Positions 25,405 to 35,600 of a stretch of 35,803 bases of DNA are shown here, in pieces. Under the pieces are notes generated by a model that made no database searches, was not told where the DNA came from, and was given only the letters and a program-made list of their open reading frames with translations. Numbering within the stretch: position 1 is the first letter of the stretch; the number at the start of each line of letters is the position of its first letter. The position numbers and the translations under genes were made by a program. Origin of the DNA: a virus (taxonomy: Duplodnaviria > Caudoviricetes); IMG/VR virus record IMGVR_UViG_3300030376_003609, positions 1 through 35,803 of that record. One strand, written 5' to 3'.

Positions 25405-25644
25405 GTGAACTACGGCTACTCATACCCAGCAGGGTTAATCATTACAGATACAAATGCACATACAGGCAGATTTGGTAAGGTGCATTGTTTATCAAACGCA
25501 GAGGTAACTCTTGTTGCTGAGAACTTAACAGAAAATGGATCTTCAACTATCAACGGCATCACAATGAAATCATCTTCAGAGATTGAAGGTGTAATTACAA
25601 GTATCACTCTTGCAAGTGGTCAGGTCATAGCTTATTCATTATGA
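25405..25644 (+). CDS. Small virion-associated protein
   Basis: In frame with ORF 25369..25644; GTG 25405 directly after the upstream stop; ITSITLASGQVIAY. Confidence 0.65.
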   Translation: MNYGYSYPAGLIITDTNAHTGRFGKVHCLSNAEVTLVAENLTENGSSTINGITMKSSSEIEGVITSITLASGQVIAYSL

Positions 25645-25994
25645 GCCTTGCTAATGCACTAAAAAAAGCTGCCAGTGCTTCACTGAAGAAGCTTGGTGGT
25701 GATGTGACTATCAGACAAGTAACAGCAGGGGCATACAATACCACTACTGGAGCCATTACAGAATCTACATCTGATACAACTATTAAAGGTGCATTGAGTA
25801 ATGTTTCTAGAAATCAAGTAAATGATTTGATTGAATCACAGGATAAGTTACTGACTATATCTGCTGGTGATTTAACCTTTGCCCCTACGACAAAAGACAG
25901 AGTGGTGATAAGTAATGTTGAATTTAAAATTATTCAAGTAATAACAAATGAGCAAAATAATACTGCTGTTAGCTTTGATCTTATCCTGAGGTAA
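25641..25994 (+). CDS. Head closure/stopper protein
   Basis: G..VTIRQVT.GAYN..TG; beta-rich; position in the neck module. Confidence 0.7.
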   Translation: MSLANALKKAASASLKKLGGDVTIRQVTAGAYNTTTGAITESTSDTTIKGALSNVSRNQVNDLIESQDKLLTISAGDLTFAPTTKDRVVISNVEFKIIQVITNEQNNTAVSFDLILR

Positions 25995-25996
25995 AA

Positions 25997-26347
25997 ATGG
26001 CAAGACAAATAACTATATTGGAAATCCCAGATGTGATGGAGGAAGCTGTGGAAACTTTAGTTGCTGCTACCACTTTGGAATGGACAGCAAGAGTAAAGAA
26101 GGCCACACCAGTCGATACTGGTAGATTAAGAGCCGCTTGGCAGACAGATATAAAAAAATTTGAAGGCATAGTGAGTAACAACTTGCCATATGCAGAACCA
26201 GTTTGTTTTGGTGAGAACTTACCACCATCATGGAATAATCAATACCGCACAAGACAAAAAACACAAGCTGGATTTCCAGAACTTATTGCAAAAGAATTAC
26301 AAAAGTGGGCTGGTGATGAATATGAAAAAATTAAGAGGAGAATATAG
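25997..26347 (+). CDS. HK97 gp10-family neck protein
   Basis: TPVDTGRLRAAW, NNLPYA. Confidence 0.85.
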   Translation: MARQITILEIPDVMEEAVETLVAATTLEWTARVKKATPVDTGRLRAAWQTDIKKFEGIVSNNLPYAEPVCFGENLPPSWNNQYRTRQKTQAGFPELIAKELQKWAGDEYEKIKRRI

Positions 26348-26769
26348 TGGCTGCTACAGATTTAAATACAGTAAGATCCACAATAGAGGCTAGGTTAGCA
26401 ACAGAGCTTGCTTCAAGCCCAGCAATCCCTGTTGTTTTTAATAATATGACCTTTGATTCAACAGCAGAGGATACTTTTGTTCAATGTATAACAAGCTTTG
26501 GTAACAATTCATATCTTACTCAGGGAGGAACAAGTGATTCTGATAACCAGATTGATGGCCTTGTTTTATTGAATGTATTTACAGAAGAAGGTCTTGGGGC
26601 AGGGTCTAACTTTACAATTTGCAAAAGACTAAGGGACTTATACAATAGAATTACAGTATCAAGTGTTATTTTTGATGCACCTATTGGCCCTGAGATTCTT
26701 ACCTCAAGTCCAGAAGGTAAATTTCAAACACAAATTAGAATAACATTTACAATTTACGAGGATCTTTAA
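26347..26769 (+). CDS. Tail terminator protein
   Basis: VVFNN..F, G.V.LNVFT..G.G; position before the tail tube. Confidence 0.75.
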   Translation: MAATDLNTVRSTIEARLATELASSPAIPVVFNNMTFDSTAEDTFVQCITSFGNNSYLTQGGTSDSDNQIDGLVLLNVFTEEGLGAGSNFTICKRLRDLYNRITVSSVIFDAPIGPEILTSSPEGKFQTQIRITFTIYEDL

Positions 26770-26771
26770 TC

Positions 26772-26924
26772 ATGCCAAAGCTTGTTTTTACAGAAGAGAT
26801 GTTAAACGCTATCGAAGCTGTCAAAGGTGTAAGAGATTCAAGAATGTGGGATCCTAATTGCAAAAGATATATGGAGAGTCAACAAAAATCTAAAAAAGAT
26901 GTAAAAAACTCTGAAAAGAGTTAA
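26772..26924 (+). CDS. 50-aa hypothetical protein (not in ORF track)
   Basis: MPKLVFTEEMLNAIEAVKGVRDSRMWDPNCKRYMESQQKSKKDVKNSEKS. Confidence 0.6.
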   Translation: MPKLVFTEEMLNAIEAVKGVRDSRMWDPNCKRYMESQQKSKKDVKNSEKS

Positions 26925-26953
26925 TATATTTATAAATCTTTCTTTTTTTTGTC

Positions 26954-27373
26954 ATGGCAGCTATCAGAGGTGATGTAGGCAAGATTATGTTTCATAATGC
27001 GGCTGGAACTGAAGCCGATATTGCTGGAACTAGGTCTTGGTCATTATCAGTTTCAAAGGATACTTTAGAAACTACAGTTCAAGGTGATACTTCAAAAACT
27101 TTTATTGGTGGTCTTATTTCTGGTGAAGGTTCAGCAGAATTGATTTATGACAATGCTGGTAATGCAGACTATCTTTCATTTGTTGAGGACATATTAACAA
27201 CAGGTGATGCTGGTGACGCATTATTTGAACTGTTCCCTGATAGTTCAGCTAGTTCTAAAAAATTAGCTTTTTCTGGAATTATTACAAGTGCTGAATATGG
27301 TGCAACACTTGGAGAAACTCAAGTAATAAACATTTCATTCCAGACAACAGGTGCAATAACTTCAGACATATAG
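26954..27373 (+). CDS. Major tail (tube) protein
   Basis: RSWSLSVSKDTLETT..GD..KTFIGGL.SG.GS, ISFQTTG. Confidence 0.85.
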   Translation: MAAIRGDVGKIMFHNAAGTEADIAGTRSWSLSVSKDTLETTVQGDTSKTFIGGLISGEGSAELIYDNAGNADYLSFVEDILTTGDAGDALFELFPDSSASSKKLAFSGIITSAEYGATLGETQVINISFQTTGAITSDI

Positions 27374-27401
27374 TAAATTAAGAATACTTCGCATTTAATT
27401 T

Positions 27402-27755
27402 ATGGCAGAAAAGAAAACCCTCGACCTTTTAAAGGACGCTTTTGACCTTTCTAAAAGGCGTAAATTTGACGTCAAAGATAATGACGGCAAAACAGTATGT
27501 AGTTTATATTTCAAGGCTATTACAAGGGCAGATAGAGCCAGAGCAACACAAAGGGCTGGCAGTGAGGATCCGTTAGTTGTTTCTACACATATGCTTTGTC
27601 AGTTGGCAGAGAATGAAGATGGTACAAAAGCATTTCACCCTGCTGATTTTGCAAATTTACAAAATGAGTTGCCAGAAAATGTATTAAACGAGATCGAGCT
27701 ATTTTTGTTTGGTGTAAATCAAAATGCAACTATTGATAACGTAAAGGAATTTTAA
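27402..27755 (+). CDS. Tail assembly chaperone (G-like)
   Basis: Between the tube and tape measure genes; AENEDGTKAF. Confidence 0.8.
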   Translation: MAEKKTLDLLKDAFDLSKRRKFDVKDNDGKTVCSLYFKAITRADRARATQRAGSEDPLVVSTHMLCQLAENEDGTKAFHPADFANLQNELPENVLNEIELFLFGVNQNATIDNVKEF

Positions 27756-27937
27756 GGGGGGATAACTGGTTAAATTTTGAGTTTTTCCTTGCAACAGAAT
27801 TAGGTAAGACAGTAAGTGAATTAAGGTGTCAACTCACTGAGGAAGAGTTGATATTTTTTGCTGGTTACTATGAATTAAAGTATGATAGAGAAAAGAAACA
27901 GGCAGATGCGGCTAAACGCAAAGCCAAGTATAGTTAA
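27740..27937 (+). CDS. Tail assembly chaperone T-like frame, reached by -1 frameshift
   Basis: ATG-less -1 frame ...ILRGDNWLNFEFFLATELGKTVSELRCQLTEEELIFFAGYYELK...YS*. Confidence 0.75.
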   Translation, partial: RKGILRGDNWLNFEFFLATELGKTVSELRCQLTEEELIFFAGYYELKYDREKKQADAAKRKAKYS

Positions 27938-27955
27938 AGGAGTTATTGTTTAGTC

Positions 27956-30010
27956 GTGGCAGTTTCTAATGTAGAACTCAGAGTCAATGCTAGTGGTGCG
28001 ACTAGATCATTAAGAAATGTACAAAATCAAACTGTTCAATTACAAAGATCTTTTGGAGGTTTACAAACTCAAGTTGCTAGAGTTGCATCTGCAATAGCAT
28101 TAGTTGGTGCATCAAGATTTGTTTTTTTTAAAACAGCAGAATTAGAAACACAAAGAAAAAGTTTAGAAGTTCTTACTGGATCTGTCAAAGACACAAATAA
28201 AATAATAAAAGAGCTTCAAGAATTTGGTGCTGTCACACCTTTTACAAGTAGTCAATTAATAGAGCAAACAAAGAGATTAAAAGCTTTTGGTTTTGAAACA
28301 GAAGAACTAGTTGATACTACAAAGAGATTATCTGAGGTTGCTGGTGCTACTGGTGCTGATTTAGAAGGTATAGCAACCGCATTCGGACAAATAAGGGCAA
28401 AAGGTAAATTGCAACAAGAGGAAAATTTACAGTTATTAGAAAGAGGAGTTGACATAACAAGTGAACTTGAAAAATTAACAAACAAACAAGGAGAGGCTTT
28501 TGCCTCTGCGATGCGTAAAGGTGAAATAGGTGCTGATCTTGTAAATCAGGCATTAATAAACTTAACTAATGAAGGCGGTGCATTTTTTGGTGGAGCAACT
28601 GCACAGGCAACAACGTTAAATGGTAAATTATCTACATTACAAGATTCTTTTGATACTTTAGGAAGAACTGTTGGACAAGTATTGAGTCCAGCTTTAAAAA
28701 CTGCCATTACTGCTTTTTCAGATTTAACTTTAAGTACTAGTAATTTTTTACAAACCTCAGAAGGAAAAACGGCTTTAATTTTTACAGGTGTTGCCTTTGC
28801 TGTTAAAGGAGTTGTTGCTGCAAACGCTTTGTTAAAAGCTTCACTTACTGTTTTGACTGCGAAATTCGCTGCTACAAGTGCTGGAGCAATTGCGTTGGCA
28901 AAAGCACAAGCAACAGCATCACTATCAACAAAAGCATTAGCTATAGCAACTGGTGGTTTAAGTTTAGCTTTAAGTGCTTTACCATTAGTAGCTATTGCTG
29001 GAGGGTTTGCATTTTTGACAAATGCAATTATTAAAGCAATAAATAAACAAAAAGAATTTAATGAACTACTAGATGGAGGTAGTGTTGAAGAATTTAAGTC
29101 AAAAATTAAAGAAACAGAAAAAGAAATTTCAACTTTAGAAGAAAAAATCGCAAAAATTACAAAAAATCAAGGAGATTTTGTCATGGTTTCTGGTGCGGAA
29201 GCTTTTGAAGTAGATTTAAAAAGAGCAAACGATCAATTAAAAGAATTAAAAAAAGGTTTAGAAAAAGCAGAAGAATTAAGTTTAGCAAATGAATTTAAAA
29301 CAGCAGCTAAAAATATACATGAACAAAAGAAAGGACTTGAACAAATAATTGAAAGATCAAAAATAAGAACTGAAGAGGGAAAAATTCAATTTGATATAGA
29401 ACAAAGAAGGTTGGAGTTGCAAAAAGAATTTGGAGTTGAATTAGGAAATGAACTTTTAAAAAAAGAACTGGCACTAAAACCTTTACAAAAGCAAGTTGAT
29501 AAAATTAAGGAATCTGAAGAAGCTGCTAAAAGATTATCTGAAGCTTTTAAAAAAATAGGAGATGATATTGCAACAGGTGTAAGTGATGCTTTAACAGATG
29601 CGATCATGCAGACAAAATCTTTAGCAGAGGTAGCAAACGCTTTATTAAACGATATTGCTAGACAACTCCTAAGACTTGGTGTTAATACACTATTATCTAG
29701 TACATTTGGTGGAATATTTAAGAGTTTACCTACCTTTGCCACTGGTGGAAGGCCAACTGTAGGGCAGCCTTCAATAGTAGGAGAAAAAGGCCCAGAATTA
29801 TTTGTTCCATCAAGGGCTGGCACTATTATTCCAAATAATCAATTAGGTGGAGGTAGCATGACAAATAATATTGTTGTTAATGTTGATGTAAGTGGAGGTG
29901 TTGACGCACAGGGAGGAGAACAAGAAGGCAGAGAACTTGGAAGACTTATTGCGGTGGCGGTACAATCTGAAATAATACAACAAAAAAGAGCAGGGGGTTT
30001 ATTAGCATAA
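27956..30010 (+). CDS. Tail tape measure protein
   Basis: TPF......, A.GQIRAKGKLQQEENLQL.ERG; Ala-rich hydrophobic middle; FATGG....VGEKGPELFVP. Confidence 0.92.
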   Translation: MAVSNVELRVNASGATRSLRNVQNQTVQLQRSFGGLQTQVARVASAIALVGASRFVFFKTAELETQRKSLEVLTGSVKDTNKIIKELQEFGAVTPFTSSQLIEQTKRLKAFGFETEELVDTTKRLSEVAGATGADLEGIATAFGQIRAKGKLQQEENLQLLERGVDITSELEKLTNKQGEAFASAMRKGEIGADLVNQALINLTNEGGAFFGGATAQATTLNGKLSTLQDSFDTLGRTVGQVLSPALKTAITAFSDLTLSTSNFLQTSEGKTALIFTGVAFAVKGVVAANALLKASLTVLTAKFAATSAGAIALAKAQATASLSTKALAIATGGLSLALSALPLVAIAGGFAFLTNAIIKAINKQKEFNELLDGGSVEEFKSKIKETEKEISTLEEKIAKITKNQGDFVMVSGAEAFEVDLKRANDQLKELKKGLEKAEELSLANEFKTAAKNIHEQKKGLEQIIERSKIRTEEGKIQFDIEQRRLELQKEFGVELGNELLKKELALKPLQKQVDKIKESEEAAKRLSEAFKKIGDDIATGVSDALTDAIMQTKSLAEVANALLNDIARQLLRLGVNTLLSSTFGGIFKSLPTFATGGRPTVGQPSIVGEKGPELFVPSRAGTIIPNNQLGGGSMTNNIVVNVDVSGGVDAQGGEQEGRELGRLIAVAVQSEIIQQKRAGGLLA

Positions 30011-30357
30011 TGGCTACTTTTCCAGACATCAAGCCTTCTTATGGGTCAAGAAAAACTAATGCACCTATCAACAGGGTTGTAAGATTTGCTGATGGGTTTG
30101 AGCAACGCATTGTTTTTGGTCTTGCACAGAATCAAAATCCAAAAGAATTTAATTTTACATTCAATGTTTCTGAAACTGATGCTGATACAATCGAAACTTT
30201 TTTAGATGCAAGGGCAAATGATCAGGCTAGTTTTGACTACACACCAGCAGGGGAAAGTTCTTCAATGAAGTTTGTTTGTGATACTTGGACAAAATCAATT
30301 CCATACAATAACAGGGCAACTATTAATGCAACATTTAGAGAGGTGTTTGAACCATGA
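30010..30357 (+). CDS. Minor tail protein M-like (distal tail)
   Basis: V.FADGFEQR..GL, FL.AR....SF.YTP, ATFREVFEP. Confidence 0.88.
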   Translation: MATFPDIKPSYGSRKTNAPINRVVRFADGFEQRIVFGLAQNQNPKEFNFTFNVSETDADTIETFLDARANDQASFDYTPAGESSSMKFVCDTWTKSIPYNNRATINATFREVFEP

Positions 30358-31343
30358 GTACTGCCCCAATAATTACAGATTTACAAAAGATAAATCCCTC
30401 TGCGATTATTGAGCTTTTTACTTTAGAAACAACTGTTGCTTTACATGGCTCTGCTCAAACTTATAGATTTCACAATGGAACAAACTTAAATAACAATGGA
30501 GATATAGTCTGGGCTGGCAATACTTATATTAAATTACCAATTACAGCAGAGGGGTTTGCTTATCAACGTGGGCAGATTCCTAGACCTACACTGACAGTTA
30601 GTAATGCTCTTGGAACTATTACAGCTATCTTGTTAAATGTTAATCAGGTAACGACAGGAAATGATCTGACAGGCTGCACTGTAACTAGGATAAGGACACT
30701 TGCAAGATATCTTGATAATGTGAATTTTCCAGTTACTACAACAAGTTCTACAACAACAACAACAATTGCCGACCCAGCAGATGCTGAATCTGTAACTTAC
30801 ACAGTTACTGTGGCAAACGTAGGTGGGATAAATATATTTTTAATAAATGGTGTTAATAACCCTGTTATAACAATGAAACGTGGGTCAACTTATATATTTA
30901 ATCAATCTGATAGCTCAAACGTTGGACACCCTTTGAGAATTAAATCTGATGCTGGAGGACAGCAGACTACAACAAATGCTGGGACTCTTGGAACAGATGC
31001 CACAGTCACTTATCAGCCAGCTTATCCTGATGCTCCTAGTGATTTGAGATATTACTGCACAGTTCATGGAAATGCTATGGGTAACACAATCACAATGAAT
31101 AATCCAAATACAACAACTCAAGAAACAACGACAACCTCAACACAGCAAGTCAATCCTTTAGGAACACCAGACCCAACAGCAGAATTTCCAAGAGAAATAT
31201 ATAAAATCGACAGAAAATCATCAGAAACAAGAGATATTGTAGAGTTTGAACTTGCTGCCCCTTTTGATCTTGCTGGAGTAAAAAGCCCTAAACGTCTTTG
31301 TACTAGAGACAATTTTCCAAGTATCGGAACATTTATTGCATGA
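30354..31343 (+). CDS. Minor tail protein L-like with inserted cupredoxin-like domain
   Basis: IELF.L, PI.AEGF, PRPTLTVSN, VTRIRTLARYLD..NF, DP.AEFP, IDRK..E....VEFELA; insert at ~30735-31148. Confidence 0.88.
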   Translation: MSTAPIITDLQKINPSAIIELFTLETTVALHGSAQTYRFHNGTNLNNNGDIVWAGNTYIKLPITAEGFAYQRGQIPRPTLTVSNALGTITAILLNVNQVTTGNDLTGCTVTRIRTLARYLDNVNFPVTTTSSTTTTTIADPADAESVTYTVTVANVGGINIFLINGVNNPVITMKRGSTYIFNQSDSSNVGHPLRIKSDAGGQQTTTNAGTLGTDATVTYQPAYPDAPSDLRYYCTVHGNAMGNTITMNNPNTTTQETTTTSTQQVNPLGTPDPTAEFPREIYKIDRKSSETRDIVEFELAAPFDLAGVKSPKRLCTRDNFPSIGTFIA

Positions 31344-32041
31344 ACTGGAAAGACGCTGCTCTTGCTCATGCGAAAGACCAAGACCCTAAAGAATCTTGCG
31401 GACTTTTATTAAATATAAAAGGTAAAGAAAGATATTTTCCTTGTAAAAATTTATCAATGACAGCTTTTCAGTGTTTTATTATTGACCCAGAGGATTATAT
31501 AAGGGCAGATAATACAGGAGATATTATAGCTGTGGTTCATAGCCACCCTGTTACACCACCAGTAGCAAGTCAATCCGATAAGGTAGCCTGTGAACAAAGC
31601 GGCCTTGTTTGGCACATAGTAAACCCTAAAACGGAGTCATGGGGTTATTTAAAGCCAACAGGTTATAAAGCTCCCATTCTTGGCAGAGAGTGGGCTTGGG
31701 GAATCACAGATTGCTATACCTTAGTTCGTGATTGGTATAAAGAAAAACTAAATATAAATTTAATTGACTGGCATAGACCTACAACACTGGAAGATTTCAA
31801 CAAAAATCCAATGTTTGAAAAATGTGCAGAAGAAACAGGTTTTAGAGAACTTAATCCTGATGAAAAATTAATAAATGGAGATTTGTTATTTATGTCGATT
31901 TTTTCCAATAATTTGAATCATGTGGCAATTTTCGTAGATGGTGATGTTTTACACCATTTAACAGATAGACTTAGTTGCATAGAGCCATACTCTGAATGGT
32001 TGCTAAAATGCACAGGTAAGAGGTTGCGTTATGTTGCGTAA
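31340..32041 (+). CDS. Tail tip assembly protein K-like (JAB/MPN + NlpC/P60)
   Basis: P.ESCG, HSHP......S.SD; DCYTLVRDWY, NHVAIF, LHH. Confidence 0.92.
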   Translation: MNWKDAALAHAKDQDPKESCGLLLNIKGKERYFPCKNLSMTAFQCFIIDPEDYIRADNTGDIIAVVHSHPVTPPVASQSDKVACEQSGLVWHIVNPKTESWGYLKPTGYKAPILGREWAWGITDCYTLVRDWYKEKLNINLIDWHRPTTLEDFNKNPMFEKCAEETGFRELNPDEKLINGDLLFMSIFSNNLNHVAIFVDGDVLHHLTDRLSCIEPYSEWLLKCTGKRLRYVA

Positions 32042-32648
32042 AATAAAACTATATGGAGAGTTAGCCAATTTTATTGGCCATAAAGAGTTTGAGATAAAGG
32101 CTGATACTTTGAGTCATGCAATTAGTTTTTTAGTGAATAATTTTGAAGGAGTAGAAAAGTATATGAATCCTAAATATTATCAGGTGAAAGTAGGTGATTA
32201 TGCTATTGATGAAAGTGAAATAGATCACCCTATAGGTCAACAGGATATACATTTTGTACCTGTCATACAAGGTGCTGGAGGTAATGTAGGTAAGATATTG
32301 CTTGGGGCTGCTCTTATTGCTGTTGGTATGGGTGCTTTCGGTGCTTTTTCAGGTAAGGCTGTTTCATTTGGAGCTAAAGGAATAGGCTTTTCTAAAGCGG
32401 CTCTTGGAGCAAAAGCTTCATTTGGTATTGGTGCGGCTTTGGTTCTTTCTGGTGTCAGTGATATGTTGTTTCCTGTGCCAAAAATGCCTGAGTTTTCTAG
32501 TGAACAAGACCCCAAGTTGTCATATAGTTTTGGAGGAACTCAAAACACTTCGAGGGCTGGAACTCCAGTGCCTGTTGTCTATGGCGAGATAATTACTGGA
32601 TCAGTGGTTATCAGTGGAGCTATTGACACCCAGCAGGTGAGAGCATGA
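32031..32648 (+). CDS. Tail assembly protein I-like
   Basis: IKLYGELA, IHFVPVIQGAG, SYSFGG.QNT...G.PVPVVYGE..TGS.VIS. Confidence 0.9.
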   Translation: MLRKIKLYGELANFIGHKEFEIKADTLSHAISFLVNNFEGVEKYMNPKYYQVKVGDYAIDESEIDHPIGQQDIHFVPVIQGAGGNVGKILLGAALIAVGMGAFGAFSGKAVSFGAKGIGFSKAALGAKASFGIGAALVLSGVSDMLFPVPKMPEFSSEQDPKLSYSFGGTQNTSRAGTPVPVVYGEIITGSVVISGAIDTQQVRA

Positions 32649-35600
32649 CAAAACCTAAAATTATAAGGGGTTCTGGAGGAGGAAGCCCACCACCACCACC
32701 GCAGCCAACAAGAACACCAGACACTTTACACAGTAGGCAGTTTGCAACTTTTCTTGACCTTATTTCTGAGGGGGAGATAGAAGGCTTTGCTTCAGCATCA
32801 AAGGAAGGACTTACAAAAGGAACAACTGCATATAACAACTCTTGCCTTAAAGATGTAATCCTTAACGATACTCCTGTTTTAAAAGCTACTGCAAACTCAG
32901 CAAATCCAGTTGCAACAGATTTTAATTTTCAAGATGTAACTTTTAATCCTCGCTTTGGTACGTCTGGACAAACAAAAGTTGAGGGTATTGAAAGTAGTTC
33001 CTCTGTTACAGCAGTTGGAGTAGTAGTTACAGCTTCAAGCCCTGTTACAAGACAGATAACAAATTCAAATGTTGACGCTGCGAATATCACAATAACTTTT
33101 CCTCAAATTCAAAAAGCTACAACAAAAGGAGATTTGCTTGGTTCATCTGTTTCACTCAAGATTTCTGTTCAATATAATTCTGGGGGTTTCAGCGATATTA
33201 TTACTGACACAATTACTGGAAGGACTGCTGATGCCTACCAGAGAGATTACAGAGTTGAGTTAACAGGTGCTTTTCCTGTTGATATTAGAGTCTCAAGAGT
33301 CACCGCAGATAGTACAGATGCAAGTTTAGTTGATGCTTTTCAATGGACAAGTTTAGGTGAGATTATAGATGACGCAAATACTTATGATAATAGTGCTTAC
33401 GCTGCAATCAGGCTTGACTCAATGCAGTTTAGTTCTATTCCATCAAGAAAATATAGAATTAGAGGAGTCAAAGTAAGAATCCCAGCCGCAGGAGCAAACG
33501 GCTCTGGTACACCAAACGTTGACAGTGCAACTGGCCGCATAATTTACCCAGACGGCTATATATTTAATGGTGTCATGGGTTCTGCTGTTTGGACTTCTTG
33601 CCCAGCAATGATATTACTTGATCTTCTTACTAACACAAGATATGGATTTGGAGATCATATAACAGATAGCAGCCTTGATTTATTTTCCTTTGTAACCGCA
33701 AGTAAGTTTGCAAACACTTTAGTTGATGATGGACAGGGAGGACAAGAAGCAAGATTTAGCTGCAATGTAAATATTCAAGGCAGTGCGGAGGCTTTTGATC
33801 TTATTAATGATCTTGCAGGGGTCATGCGTTGTATGCCTATCTGGTCTGCTGGTAGTATTTCTCTTAAACAGGACAGTCCAGCTTCAGCCTCATACCTTTT
33901 TAATTTGTCCAACATAACCAGTGATGGATTTACATATTCTGGTAGCAGCCTTAAACAACGTCACAGTGTAGTTTCTGTGTCTTACTTTAATATGGACACT
34001 CAAGACATAGATTTTGAGGTTGTAGAAGATGCCAACTTGATAAGTAAGATAGGCACAAGTATCAAGCAAGTAAAAGCTTTTGCCTGTACTTCAAGAGGAC
34101 AAGCGGCCAGATTAGGTCGGGCAATCCTTTTCGGGGAGGCAAATGAAACTGAGGTTTGCAGTTTTACAACTTCGATAGATAGCGGCATTGTAGTTAGGCC
34201 GTCAGCAATCATAGAAATAGCAGACCCTTTAAGGAGTGGTCTAAGAAGAGGTGGCAAAATTTCTTCAGTTACATCAACGACTGTTGTTACTGTTGATGAT
34301 TCCACAAACACTGACTTGCCATCTACAAACAACGCAAAGCTGTCTGTGGTGCTTCCAGATGGAACAGTGGAGACAAAGGATATAGTTTCCGTCTCTGGTG
34401 CAACAATCACTGTGGCAAGTGCCTTTTCTCAAGCACCAAATGTTAATGCAAACTGGTTGATTTCAGATGACACTGTGCAGTCTCAATTATTTAGAGTTAT
34501 TAGTGTTGAGGAAGTTGACGGCATAAACTATTCAATTACGGCTTTATCTTATGTAAATGAAAAGTATGCGTTTATTGAAGATGGTTCAACACTGCCGACA
34601 AGAACAGTATCAATACTAAATGAACTTAAAGATCCTCCTACTGCTTTACAGGCTGAAGAAAAATTAGTTGAGATAAATAATCAGGCGGTATCTAAACTTA
34701 TTGTCAGTTGGCAGCCTATTGTCGGTGTTACGCAGTATCAGGTTAACTATAGATTCAACAATGGTAACTTTGTTTCTACAACAGTTTCTTCTCCTGATTT
34801 TGAGATATTCAATACTGATATTGGAACGTATGAGTTTCAAATATTTAGCTATAATGCTGCATTGCAGACAAGTGCGACTTCTGCTGATCTGACTTTCAAT
34901 GCTGTTGGTAAAACTGCATTACCATCAAATGTTACTGGATTATCAGCCGAACCAATAAATGAAAAATTAGTAAGATTACGTTGGAATTTATCTACAGATT
35001 TAGATGTTACTCATGGAGGTAGGGTGTATGTCAGACATTCTCCTCTCGTAGACGGAAGCGGATCCTTTACTAATAGTACTGATTTGATTCAAGCGTTAGC
35101 TGGTAATACAACAACAGCAGAAGTTCCATATCTTGAAGGTGAATATATTTTAAAATTTCAAGATGACGGTGGCAGATTTTGTGCAGGAGAGACAAGTGTA
35201 ATTCTTGAACTGCCAGATAATTTAGCTCCACTTATTACACAGACTAGGAGAGAGGATACTGATAGTCCTAAATTCCAAGGAACAAAAACTAATGTTGATT
35301 TTGATGCAGTTACAAATACTTTAAATTTAGTTGGTGGTGGTAACTTTGATGCTATTACAGACTTTGATCTTGTTGGATCATTAGATGACTTTGGTGGAAT
35401 CGTTTCTGAAGGTACTTATGATTTTGGAGGAACTGCTGGTGGGGACACTTTAGATTTAGGTGGTGTATTTAGTCTTGATTTAAAACGTCACTTCTTGACA
35501 GAAGGTTTCTATCCATCAGATTTATTTGATTCAAGAGGTTTGATTGATGATATTACAGACTTTGATGGACTTACAGCTACAGAAGTTAACGCTGAAATGT

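Noticed and set aside
31340-32041. NlpC/P60 domain as the endolysin, or JAB as an anti-defence deubiquitinase
   Set aside because: Both domains are standard parts of lambda K-like tail assembly proteins in the L-K-I-J context
28252-34892. Antisense and alternate-frame ORFs inside the tape measure, L, K, I and J genes (e.g. 29386..29823, 34000..34410)
   Set aside because: Fully nested in well-supported genes and have no motifs
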